This document shows, piece by piece, positions 47,962 through 56,839 of a stretch of 64,000 bases of DNA. The stretch lies in contig CAZWKL010000001.1 of the NCBI GenBank assembly GCA_964633875.1, positions 117,530 through 181,529 of the forward strand, in the 5' to 3' direction. Numbering within the stretch: position 1 is the first letter of the stretch; every line of letters starts with the position of its first letter. This DNA comes from an uncultured Pseudomonadales bacterium. Its GTDB lineage: Bacteria > Patescibacteriota > Microgenomatia > UBA1400 > PJMF01. A program made the translations under genes and the position numbers. Under the pieces are notes generated by a model. That model searched no databases, had not been told where the DNA came from, and worked only from the letters and a program-made list of their open reading frames with translations.

Positions 47962-49459
47962 TCCCTGACTCCCTTTGACCCTTGGTAAAGAAATAATTTT
48001 GAAGCCTGAGTCTTTGAATTTCTAGTTGTTCTTCTATTGACCTGGAAGTTTCAACATCAGCCTGATTTATATTGAAGATGTCATAATGCTCAAACAATAT
48101 GCTTGCAACATCCCACATTCTCCTTTGTCCAAATAATGAGTGTGCAAGCCCAGATTCAAAACCACCATCCACAGAATATTTATAATCCAAATAACGTTGA
48201 TAATTAAAGATTAAAATTTCAATTACTTTACCCTGATGTTTGCCTTCATGAAATCTTACTTTCATCCTTTTCCATTTAACTTCTGCGCTTTGTCCCCGTC
48301 CGTTCCCAACCTCATCATCTGGAGTAACTGAAACAACACCCTCTTTAAAACTTTGAAGAATTATGGTCTCAATTTCATTGTATAGCTCTAGCTGATCTTC
48401 CTCGCTAAAAGTTATAAATTTTATTCCAGCATAGTCTTCAATATCTTCTACTGCTATTCTGCTTTCGCTCCCTCTTTGTAAAGCTTTAGCAATCATTTTT
48501 GCCACAGTCGAGGTCGGCGTTTTCTCCCTAGGTTGGGTCGTGAACTTTTTTCCACAATTTGAAGTGCGGACTTGCATGGTTTCTTTTTTCCAATATCTAT
48601 CGCTAGGAGGTTGATCTATAGGTTCTTGACAAGTAAAAGACAGACATGTGTTCGTCTCATAGCTGTGCAATGAGTAAATATCTAAAGTATTCGTTTCACC
48701 AATCTTTTCCTCGGGGTCATAAAGATGCTTTTCAAATACTGCCTCCAAATCTTTTATTAGGCTTCTATATGAACCATTGCCCATTTTTTCTTCAATTTGT
48801 AATAAAAGTAAGACAATGCCTAGTTGTCGTTGCAATTCGTATTTAAATCTATTGCTAACATCATGGTTCCCAAGCAAGTATCTTCCAACTGCTAAAATTC
48901 CTCCTGCAGGGTACTCCGTTTGATTCAAAAGCCCAAGATTCTCCTCTTTTCCAGGATAAGCTGTATCGCGGATCTCATCAATGATCCTGTTCGCTGATTC
49001 CATAAGTCCCTCTAGGTGGTTGTTTAGAGCGGTATAGTCGCTCCCTGCTTGGTATTTCTTTAAGTGAGGAAAACACTGACAGAGAAAATTAAAAAAAGCT
49101 CTTTCCAGCTCAACTTTTTTAAGAATCTCTATACGTGAAGCCTCTCTCTCTGATCGTTGACTTTCTCTTTCCAATTTTTCCGGGTTTTCAGACAAATTTA
49201 TGTTGCCTTCGCTACCGTTTTGCGATCGTGTTTTTGCCCTAAGTTGCCAAGCTTTTAACTTGTGAGCTGCAGCTTGCTCTTTGGATGGCCATTCCTGAGA
49301 CAAATACAGTTTCATCAATTGATAAATTTTATCTTCATCAGCGAACATCGCGCGGATAAATTCTACAGCTGCCGGACCTAGCACGGAATCAAAAACCTCA
49401 ATTTTAGGCTTGAACGGCTCATGCGTGCTGGGGGGTTGTTCAATAGTCTTACTTAACAT
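47927..49459 (-). CDS. Hypothetical protein with divergent C-terminal RelA/SpoT synthetase-like nucleotidyltransferase domain
   Basis: REKTPTSTVAK (RxKxxxSxxxK), IEDYAGIKFI (DxxGxR-like), IEILIF (ExQI-like), ESGLAHSLF (GxAH..YK-like); visibly more AT-rich than neighbours. Confidence 0.65.
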   Translation of the reverse strand: MLSKTIEQPPSTHEPFKPKIEVFDSVLGPAAVEFIRAMFADEDKIYQLMKLYLSQEWPSKEQAAAHKLKAWQLRAKTRSQNGSEGNINLSENPEKLERESQRSEREASRIEILKKVELERAFFNFLCQCFPHLKKYQAGSDYTALNNHLEGLMESANRIIDEIRDTAYPGKEENLGLLNQTEYPAGGILAVGRYLLGNHDVSNRFKYELQRQLGIVLLLLQIEEKMGNGSYRSLIKDLEAVFEKHLYDPEEKIGETNTLDIYSLHSYETNTCLSFTCQEPIDQPPSDRYWKKETMQVRTSNCGKKFTTQPREKTPTSTVAKMIAKALQRGSESRIAVEDIEDYAGIKFITFSEEDQLELYNEIETIILQSFKEGVVSVTPDDEVGNGRGQSAEVKWKRMKVRFHEGKHQGKVIEILIFNYQRYLDYKYSVDGGFESGLAHSLFGQRRMWDVASILFEHYDIFNINQADVETSRSIEEQLEIQRLRLQNYFFTKGQRESGINSRQLVEKVD

Positions 49460-49485
49460 TTCAGTTTATCGTGCAGCTAAGCACT

Positions 49486-49513
49486 AAAAAAAGCCCTCCT
49501 GAGGGGCTTTTTT
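49486..49513 (-). terminator. Intrinsic terminator (attenuator) in the leader of the 510-aa gene
   Basis: Minus strand AAAAAAGCCC-CTCAGGA-GGGCTTTTTTT, 26 nt before ATG 49459; overlaps the alternative helix 49526-49533/49499-49506. Confidence 0.8.
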
Positions 49514-49533
49514 CACAAAGGTACACCCCTCAG

Positions 49534-49587
49534 TTACCTAATACTAAGCGTAAAAATAACTCGAGAGAAATGCCTTAATTTGTGCAT
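49534..49587 (-). CDS. Putative leader peptide MHKLRHFSRVIFTLSIR
   Basis: 17-codon uORF whose TAA directly abuts the antiterminator strand CTGAGGGG. Confidence 0.5.
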   Translation of the reverse strand: MHKLRHFSRVIFTLSIR

Positions 49588-49657
49588 TTTTGATTAAATT
49601 CTACTTTTAATTACTATGTTTAGTCGTCGTCGGCAAGGCCATACGTTATGTAAGCAA

Positions 49658-49685
49658 ATTGTATCAAGATTTAGCTGATTGTCAA
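49658..49685 (-). promoter_or_regulatory. Near-consensus sigma70 promoter for the 510-aa gene leader
   Basis: Minus strand TTGACA-16 nt-TACAAT with extended -10 TGn. Confidence 0.8.
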
Positions 49686-49723
49686 CCAGGCTAAGATTAG
49701 TTAAAATAAAGTTATAATACAAA

Positions 49724-49899
49724 AGCTTTTTGTTTGGGTGACGCCAAACAGCCACTTGGCAAGCGCTCAGGGTCGCAACTGAGCCGGGTAAGCCCGTGAC
49801 AGCAGGAATGAAGGCAGCCTCCAGCTGTATTGAGAGGTGGCACCGCTTTTACTCGAAAGCCCTCTTAGAACCATCGCGGTGGTTTTAAGAGGGCTTTTT
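49724..49899 (+). promoter_or_regulatory. T-box riboswitch leader of aspS
   Basis: T-box AGAGG-TGGCACC-GC (49833-49846) pairing with GC-CCTCT (49859-49865); terminator 49856-49899; TATAAT at 49713-49718; GAC triplets at 49740 and 49798. Confidence 0.85.
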
Positions 49900-49934
49900 G
49901 GCTTTTAATTGATACTTAAACGAAGAAAGGAAAC

Positions 49935-51341
49935 ATGTCGTTGCTAACAGACAGAACAAAAGTCATTGACACTTCAGAGAAAGTAGGCGAAACCGTGACG
50001 CTTTTCGGTTGGGTGGCAACCAAACGGGATCACGGCAAGCTTACTTTCATTGATTTGCGGGACAAATCTGGGACGGTGCAGTGCGTGGGTTATCAGCTTT
50101 TGGGCGAGCTTACGCCTGAATCTGTAGTCAAAATCACTGGCGAGGTCAAAGCCCGGCCGGAAAAAATGATCAACCCAAATTTGTCTACCGGCACGGTTGA
50201 AATTGACGTCAAGGCATACGAAGTGCTCAATCCGGCCATAGAGTTGCCCATTCCGGTTGAGGGCGATGGTTATGAAATTAATGAAGAAGTTCGGCTGAAA
50301 TACCGCTATCTTGACTTGCGCCGAGAGAGAATGCGCCGCAATCTTGAACTGCGCTCTGAGTTTACCAAAGCCATCAGAGCCGAGCTGGATCAGGCTGAGT
50401 TCACCGAAGTGGAAACTCCGATGCTCACCAAGTCTACCAAAGAAGGCTCCAGGGATTTTATCGTCCCGTCCCGGCATCAGCCTGGCAAGTTTTACGCTTT
50501 GCCGCAAAGTCCGCAGCAGTACAAACAGTTACTCATGACCGCTGGTGTGGAGCGCTACTTTCAGTTTGCCAGGTGCATTCGTGATGAGGACCTGCGCGCA
50601 GATCGAGGTTATGAGCACACCCAAATAGACCTAGAGATGAGTTTTGTTGAGAGAGAAGATGTCATGGCTGTCGTGGAGCAACTAGTGGCGAACTCAGTGC
50701 AAGCGGTGGGGGGAGTGTTGCGCGATACTAAGTTTCCCGTTCTTACCTACGAAGAAGCCATGGCTAAGCATGGCGATGATAAATTCGATCTTCGCACGCC
50801 GGAAGAAAAGGAGCGGGGAGTGCTGGGTTTTGCTTGGGTAGTGGACTATCCCTTTTTTAAGGCAGTTAATCCTCAAGACCCGGCCGAAGTGGCGGATGGC
50901 AAGAGCGGCTGGACTTTCACCCACAACCCCTTCAGCATGCCTAAAGTGGAATTTTTAGAAGATCACCTTGCCGGTCAAAACATTGGCAAAATCCTTACTA
51001 CTCAGTATGACCTGGTTTGTAACGGTTACGAAATTGGTAGCGGTAGTATCAGGGCGCATAGGCCGGAAATTTTGACAGCCACCTTTAAGATCATGGGCTA
51101 CTCGGATGAGGAGATTAAAAAAGGCGTGGGTCACATGCTGGAAGCTTTCGCGGTCGGCACTCCGCCGCATGGTGGCATTGCTCTGGGTTTGGAGCGTTTA
51201 ATCATGATTTTGGCAGGAGAAAAGTCCCTCAAAGAAATAGTGGCTTTCCCCATGACTTCAACCGGCCGGGCGGCGGTAATGGCTGCTCCAGGCGAAGTGG
51301 AGGCAGCGCTGCTCAAAGAGCTGAAAATTAAAATCGCTTAG
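49935..51341 (+). CDS. aspS: Aspartate--tRNA ligase, bacterial type lacking the GAD insertion
   Basis: RDHG..FIDLRD, RLKYRYLDLR, ALPQSPQ.YKQ, RC.RDEDLRADR, PPHGGIALG. Confidence 0.97.
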   Translation: MSLLTDRTKVIDTSEKVGETVTLFGWVATKRDHGKLTFIDLRDKSGTVQCVGYQLLGELTPESVVKITGEVKARPEKMINPNLSTGTVEIDVKAYEVLNPAIELPIPVEGDGYEINEEVRLKYRYLDLRRERMRRNLELRSEFTKAIRAELDQAEFTEVETPMLTKSTKEGSRDFIVPSRHQPGKFYALPQSPQQYKQLLMTAGVERYFQFARCIRDEDLRADRGYEHTQIDLEMSFVEREDVMAVVEQLVANSVQAVGGVLRDTKFPVLTYEEAMAKHGDDKFDLRTPEEKERGVLGFAWVVDYPFFKAVNPQDPAEVADGKSGWTFTHNPFSMPKVEFLEDHLAGQNIGKILTTQYDLVCNGYEIGSGSIRAHRPEILTATFKIMGYSDEEIKKGVGHMLEAFAVGTPPHGGIALGLERLIMILAGEKSLKEIVAFPMTSTGRAAVMAAPGEVEAALLKELKIKIA

Positions 51342-51387
51342 GATAACTAGCCTAGTTTTTAGCCGCGTACTTGCGTAAAATAAGATA

Positions 51388-52371
51388 GTGCTGATAACCA
51401 ACCGGATTCGTACTGACCAAATTATTAGTCTTATTGCTTTGGGCCTGGTGATATTACTTTACCGGAGTTTGGAAGATGTTGGCCGAACAACGTCGGTTTT
51501 GGCTGATTGGCAGTTACAACGGGAAAAATTAGTTTACAGTACTCAAATGATGCCGGTTCCGCTGTGGCATCCCCCTCAGGCTACCGATTCCGCCAGCCCA
51601 TTAACTCAAGAAGCCATGCTTGCCAACCTCACTGCTACCAGCGCAGCGGTGATCGACCTTGATTCCAGCACCATTTTGTTGGCCAAAAATGGCACGGAAA
51701 AATTGCTGCCGGCTTCTACCAGCAAGCTGATGACGGCTATTATCGCCAGGGAGTTATTTCAGCTGGATGAGGTGGTGACTGTTAACGAACCACCGGCGGT
51801 CAATGGAGCGGCCATTACTTTCCACCAGGGTGAACAACTAACAATGGACAGTCTGATTCAGGCGCTCTTGATTCAATCCGGCAACGACGCGGCTCTGATT
51901 ATTGCCAACCACCATCCAAAAGGAGAAGCCGGTTTTGTCCGGGAGATGAACTTGAAAGCTCAGGCGCTCAACATGACCAACACCCACTTTCAAAACGTTA
52001 TTGGCTTTGATCACCCAGAGCATTACTCTACCGCCATTGATCTGGCGCTTTTGAGCCGGGAAGCCATGAAAGACGAAGTGATTAGGGCTATTGTCAGGCA
52101 GCCCCGCACACTGATTACCGACATTACTGGCATGAGGCAACACTTTTTGTACAGCACCAACCTGCTTTTAGCTCAGGATCCCACGGTAGTGGGCATCAAA
52201 ACCGGCACCACTGAAGGCGCTGGCGAGGTTTTAATTACTCAAGTTGAGCGAGAGGGCAGAAGAATCTTAATTGTGGTGATGGGCAGCGCTGATCGCTATC
52301 TCGACACCAAGGAACTGATAGAATGGACTTACAGTCATTACCAGTGGGTAGAGTTTGAAGACCTCAACTAA
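51388..52371 (+). CDS. D-alanyl-D-alanine carboxypeptidase (S11)
   Basis: PASTSK (SxxK), SGNDAA, IKTG. Confidence 0.93.
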   Translation: MLITNRIRTDQIISLIALGLVILLYRSLEDVGRTTSVLADWQLQREKLVYSTQMMPVPLWHPPQATDSASPLTQEAMLANLTATSAAVIDLDSSTILLAKNGTEKLLPASTSKLMTAIIARELFQLDEVVTVNEPPAVNGAAITFHQGEQLTMDSLIQALLIQSGNDAALIIANHHPKGEAGFVREMNLKAQALNMTNTHFQNVIGFDHPEHYSTAIDLALLSREAMKDEVIRAIVRQPRTLITDITGMRQHFLYSTNLLLAQDPTVVGIKTGTTEGAGEVLITQVEREGRRILIVVMGSADRYLDTKELIEWTYSHYQWVEFEDLN

Positions 52372-52427
52372 GTAGTGCTATACTCACTCTATTGTCTGCT
52401 CAAGTAAAAATTAAAGGCGCCTGAACC

Positions 52428-53720
52428 ATGAACTTAACAATAATTGGAACCGGATTTGTTGGGGTTGTTTCTGCGGCAGTTTTTGCCTCTTTTGGTAATA
52501 AAGTTATTGGTCTTGATATTGATGAAAACAAAGTTTTAGCTTTGGAAAAAGGTGAAGTTCCGTTTTATGAGCCAAGCTTGCCGGAACTACTGCTTCAAGA
52601 GGTAGGGGTTGGCCGGTTGAGTTTTACTACCAATTACAAAAAAGCTATTGAAGACGCCGATATTATCATCATTGCGGTGGGTACGCCGTCTACGCCTGAA
52701 GGAAAGGCCGATCTGTCTTATGTGAACGCTGCCGCGGAGTCTTTGGCGCCATTTATCAAAAAAGAGGCCATTGTGGTGGTGAAATCCACTGTTCCTCCTG
52801 GCACACTTGATCTGGTTCAGGCTGAAATTAAAAAACACACCAAGACCAAGTTTTACTTGGCTTCCGTACCTGAATTTCTCAAAGAGGGTAGCGCGGTTGC
52901 CGACACTTTGCACCCGGATAGGGTGGTTTTGGGGGCAGTTGAAAATGAGGTTTTTGAGAAGTTGGAAGAACTGCACGCCCCTCTCCAAGCTCCAGTGGTG
53001 AGAATGAGTCCTGAATCAGCCCAGATGACCAAGTATGCGGCCAATGCTTATTTGGCCACCAGAATTACTTTCATCAATGATATCGCGGACTTGTGCGAAC
53101 ACAACAGCGCCGATATCGAGGATGTCATTAAAGGCATCGGTTTTGATAAGCGCATCGGTAGTCATTATTGGTATCCGGGATTGGGGTATGGCGGCTCCTG
53201 TTTCCCCAAGGACGTGAGGGAGCTGTCATTTTATTCTCGAGAAGTGGGTTTGGAGCAGAACTTATTGAATAAAGTTAATGAGCTAAATGAACTGAGAATC
53301 CCCAAAATTTTGCATAAAATTAAAACTGAGGCGAGCGGCATTAAAGGCAAAAAAGCCGCTGTGTTGGGACTGGCTTTCAAGCCTAATACCGACGACATGA
53401 GAGAGGCTCCCAGCACCAAAGTGATTCCTTGGTTGTTGCAAGAGGGCGCATTGGTGACGGGTTATGATCCCAAGGCTTTGGAGGCAGCCAAAAATCTTTT
53501 TCCGAACCAAGACAACCTAACTTTTCACAACAGTGTCGCTGACGCGGCTGTAGATGCTGACATTATTTTTTACCTGATCGAGTGGCCGGAAATTGTTGGT
53601 TTTGATTTATTGTCTGTGAGAGACAAAAATAAAGAGCAATGGGTGATTGATGCTCGCAACCAGCTGGACCGCTCTCAGGTGGAGGGCGCGGGCTTTAATT
53701 ATTTGGGAATAGGAAGATAG
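52428..53720 (+). CDS. ugd: UDP-glucose/GDP-mannose 6-dehydrogenase
   Basis: GTGFVG, AVGTP, KSTVPPG, PEFLKEG, GYGGSCFPKD, FKPNTDDMRE. Confidence 0.94.
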   Translation: MNLTIIGTGFVGVVSAAVFASFGNKVIGLDIDENKVLALEKGEVPFYEPSLPELLLQEVGVGRLSFTTNYKKAIEDADIIIIAVGTPSTPEGKADLSYVNAAAESLAPFIKKEAIVVVKSTVPPGTLDLVQAEIKKHTKTKFYLASVPEFLKEGSAVADTLHPDRVVLGAVENEVFEKLEELHAPLQAPVVRMSPESAQMTKYAANAYLATRITFINDIADLCEHNSADIEDVIKGIGFDKRIGSHYWYPGLGYGGSCFPKDVRELSFYSREVGLEQNLLNKVNELNELRIPKILHKIKTEASGIKGKKAAVLGLAFKPNTDDMREAPSTKVIPWLLQEGALVTGYDPKALEAAKNLFPNQDNLTFHNSVADAAVDADIIFYLIEWPEIVGFDLLSVRDKNKEQWVIDARNQLDRSQVEGAGFNYLGIGR

Positions 53721-53721
53721 C

Positions 53722-54675
53722 ATGACCAGAATTCTCATTACCGGCGGCACCGGCTTTGCCGGTTCTCATTTGATCGAGGCCTTATTGAATGAGGGCTATG
53801 AAGATATTTATGCTACTTCGTATGGCCAGGTGCCCTCAGAGTTGAAACACCTGCTTCCCGAACATCATTTTCACCAAATTGACTTGACCGACGCGACGGC
53901 CACCACCGCTCTCATCAAAGAAATCCAGCCTGACCACATTTATCATTTAGCCTCTTTTGCTTTTGTCGGCGAGAGTTTTGCCAGAGCTGGCGAAGTTTTT
54001 CAAAATAATGTCACCCTGCAAATCAATCTTCTTGATGCAGTTAGAGAACATTGTCCCGGCGCCAGGGTTTTAATTGTTGGTTCTGCGGAGGAGTATGGTA
54101 TTAGCGAATCACCCAATGAGCTGCCCATCAACGAAGAACACCCTTTGCGTCCGGTTAATCCCTACGCGGTCTCAAAAGTGACTCAAGATTTATTAGGCTA
54201 CTCTTTCGGCAAATCGTTCAATCTGCAAATTTTGCGAGTCAGACCTTTCAATCATATTGGTGAAAGGCAAACTACCGATTTTGTTGTTCCCGCTTTTATC
54301 AGTCAAGTTGTAGCTATTGAGAATGGTAAACAAGACGTGCTGAGGGTAGGCAACCTCAACTCGGTGCGGGACTTTACGGATGTTAAAGATATGGTCCGCG
54401 CTTACATCACAGTCATGGAAAAGGGTCTGCCGCTGGAAGTTTATAACATTGGTAGTGGGCAGGGTATCAGCATGGCAGAGTTGTTAGAAAAGATTAAAGC
54501 TTTGGCTAAAACTGAAATCATTGTTGAAGAAGATCAAAGCAGAATGCGGCCGGCCGACATTCCGGAAATGGTGGCAGATCCTAGTAAAATTAAACAACTA
54601 GGCTGGCAGCCGCGTATATCTTTGGACGAAACTATCAGGCGAGTATTTCAAAGTATCAGGAAAGTAAAAATATGA
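53722..54675 (+). CDS. rmd: GDP-4-keto-6-deoxy-D-mannose reductase-like extended SDR
   Basis: [36 protein letters not shown]; adjacent to gmd. Confidence 0.75.
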   Translation: MTRILITGGTGFAGSHLIEALLNEGYEDIYATSYGQVPSELKHLLPEHHFHQIDLTDATATTALIKEIQPDHIYHLASFAFVGESFARAGEVFQNNVTLQINLLDAVREHCPGARVLIVGSAEEYGISESPNELPINEEHPLRPVNPYAVSKVTQDLLGYSFGKSFNLQILRVRPFNHIGERQTTDFVVPAFISQVVAIENGKQDVLRVGNLNSVRDFTDVKDMVRAYITVMEKGLPLEVYNIGSGQGISMAELLEKIKALAKTEIIVEEDQSRMRPADIPEMVADPSKIKQLGWQPRISLDETIRRVFQSIRKVKI

Positions 54676-55649
54676 AAAAAGCCTTTATTACCGGTATCAC
54701 CGGACAAGACGGATCGTACCTGGCTGAGTTTTTGTTGGATAAGGGTTACCGGGTTTATGGCATGACCAGAAGAACCAGTACCCAAAACTTTGCCCGGATT
54801 CAGCATATTATTCATAACGAAAATTTGGAGCTGGTTTCAGGAGATCTGGTTGATCAGCACTCAATTACTTACGCGCTTCAGGAAATTCAGCCGGATGAAA
54901 TTTATAACTTAGCTGCCCAGTCTTTTGTCAAAGCCAGTTGGTCGCAGCCGGTTTTAACGGGGGAGTTCACCGCCATTGGTGTCACTCGGGTTTTGGACGC
55001 GATGAAGCTGGTTTGTCCTCAGGCGAAGTTTTACCAGGCCAGTTCGAGTGAGATGTTTGGCAAAGTGCAAGAAGTGCCGCAAAATGAGAACACGCCGTTT
55101 TATCCGCGCTCTCCCTACGGGGTAGCCAAAGTTTACGGTCACTGGATTACGGTTAATTATCGTGAGTCTTTTGATATGTTCGCGGTTTCCGGGATTTTAT
55201 TTAATCATGAGTCTCCTCGACGTGGCTTGGAGTTTGTGACCAGAAAGATCGCTAACGCAGTAGCTAGAATTAAACTGGGCAGACAGCAGTTTGTGGAACT
55301 CGGCAATCTTGATGCCAAAAGAGACTGGGGTTACGCCAAAGATTATGTTGAAGCCATGTGGCTGATGTTGCAACAGGAAGAACCGGAAGATTATGTTATC
55401 GCCACCGGAGAAACTCACTCAGTGCGCGAGTTTTTGGACTTGTCTTGTCAAGCCGCGGGGCTGGACAATTGGGAAAATTATTACCGGCACAACCCGGAAT
55501 TTGACCGGCCGGCAGAAGTGGATTTGCTAGTGGGCGATGCTACTAAGGCCAAAGAAAAATTCGGCTGGCAACCGAAAGTTACTTTTGAAGAGCTGGTGAG
55601 TTTGATGGTAGAAGCTGAAATCAAGAAGGAAAGCAAGAGATCTGAATGA
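54672..55649 (+). CDS. gmd: GDP-mannose 4,6-dehydratase
   Basis: [49 protein letters not shown]. Confidence 0.97.
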   Translation: MKKAFITGITGQDGSYLAEFLLDKGYRVYGMTRRTSTQNFARIQHIIHNENLELVSGDLVDQHSITYALQEIQPDEIYNLAAQSFVKASWSQPVLTGEFTAIGVTRVLDAMKLVCPQAKFYQASSSEMFGKVQEVPQNENTPFYPRSPYGVAKVYGHWITVNYRESFDMFAVSGILFNHESPRRGLEFVTRKIANAVARIKLGRQQFVELGNLDAKRDWGYAKDYVEAMWLMLQQEEPEDYVIATGETHSVREFLDLSCQAAGLDNWENYYRHNPEFDRPAEVDLLVGDATKAKEKFGWQPKVTFEELVSLMVEAEIKKESKRSE

Positions 55650-56833
55650 AGCAAGCCGCAATTATTATTCCCACCTATAATGAGCGCGAAAATATTAAAC
55701 TGGTTATCCCTAAGCTCTTAGAAGTTTTTGCCACTATTAAAGACTGGCAAATGTCGATTTTGGTGGTTGATGACACTTCCCCGGACAAAACTTATGAGGT
55801 AGTAGAGGAATTTTCCCGAAAAAACCGCAATGTTCATTTACTGAAAAATAAAAACAAATCCGGCCTAGGAGGAGCCTATCTTAAAGGTATGGATTATGCT
55901 TTTAATTCATTGCAAGCTGACGCGGTTTTTGAGTTTGACGCGGATCTTTCCCATGATCCCAGCAAAATTCCGGTTTTTTTAGCAGAGCTGGAAAAAGGTG
56001 CGGATATGGTTTTGGGCTCGCGCTATATTCCGGGTGGTAGTATTCCTAAGAATTGGGGCTGGCACCGAAAATTTCTCAGTATTTTTGGTAATCTCACCAT
56101 TGCTGCAGTTCTAACCAACTTCAGTATTCGTGATTGGACCACTGGTTATCGGGCTTTAACCAAAGAAGTATATAAAAAAGTGCATCCGTATTTGCACTCC
56201 GAACAGTTTAGTGGCTATACTTTTCAGATAGGATTTCTTCATCAAGCCATACAAAATGGATTTACTATAAAGGAGGTACCTTTTATGTTTGTAGACAGAA
56301 CTATTGGAGAATCAAAAATTGGTCCGGAGTACATTAAAAATACTTTGTTGTATATTTTTAAAGTGAGAATTAGGCAGTTTTTACGGAGCGAGGTGTTTAA
56401 GTTTTTGGTAGTGGGCGGAATTGGCGCTATGGTTCAACTGGCTTCACTCCAGCTCTATCGCGCTCTTTTGCCTGACTTTCAGTTTTTAGTGATTACTAGT
56501 TACTTATTTGCCACGCTTTTAAGTATTGAAACCGCCATTATTTCCAACTTCACTTTCAACAATATTTGGACTTTCGCGGACAGGAAGTTGAAAGCGGCGC
56601 AAATACCCGGCAAATTTTTGCAATTTAATCTTACTTCTATGGGATCACTGGCCATTCAATTGGTAGTAGCCGGCTTGGGTGAGTTTGCGATTGGTTTATT
56701 CGATCTCTTTACTGTGCCGATTGTAGGTATCACTGTAGATACGGGATTGGTATACGTGGTAGCTGGTATTTTACTGGGTATGGCTTGGAACTTTTTTGCT
56801 TACACCACTTTTATTTGGAAAAAGAAAAAATAA
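55646..56833 (+). CDS. Polyprenol-phosphate mannose synthase-like GT2 fused to GtrA flippase domain
   Basis: IPTYNE, VDD.SPD, DADLSH, GSRY, D.TTGYR; C-terminal KFLVVG..NF.FN..WTF..WNF GtrA. Confidence 0.9.
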   Translation: MKQAAIIIPTYNERENIKLVIPKLLEVFATIKDWQMSILVVDDTSPDKTYEVVEEFSRKNRNVHLLKNKNKSGLGGAYLKGMDYAFNSLQADAVFEFDADLSHDPSKIPVFLAELEKGADMVLGSRYIPGGSIPKNWGWHRKFLSIFGNLTIAAVLTNFSIRDWTTGYRALTKEVYKKVHPYLHSEQFSGYTFQIGFLHQAIQNGFTIKEVPFMFVDRTIGESKIGPEYIKNTLLYIFKVRIRQFLRSEVFKFLVVGGIGAMVQLASLQLYRALLPDFQFLVITSYLFATLLSIETAIISNFTFNNIWTFADRKLKAAQIPGKFLQFNLTSMGSLAIQLVVAGLGEFAIGLFDLFTVPIVGITVDTGLVYVVAGILLGMAWNFFAYTTFIWKKKK

Positions 56834-56839
56834 CGGTAT

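Noticed and set aside
49607-49642. uORF1 (three Thr codons) as a classical threonine attenuator on its own
   Set aside because: It ends ~73 nt from the antiterminator, too far for direct ribosome masking, and the downstream gene is not Thr-related; kept only as part of the leader description
49935-51341. Firm assignment of AspRS as non-discriminating
   Set aside because: Signature residues are mixed (His in RDHG but Lys in RPEK); cannot be decided without asnS/gatCAB data
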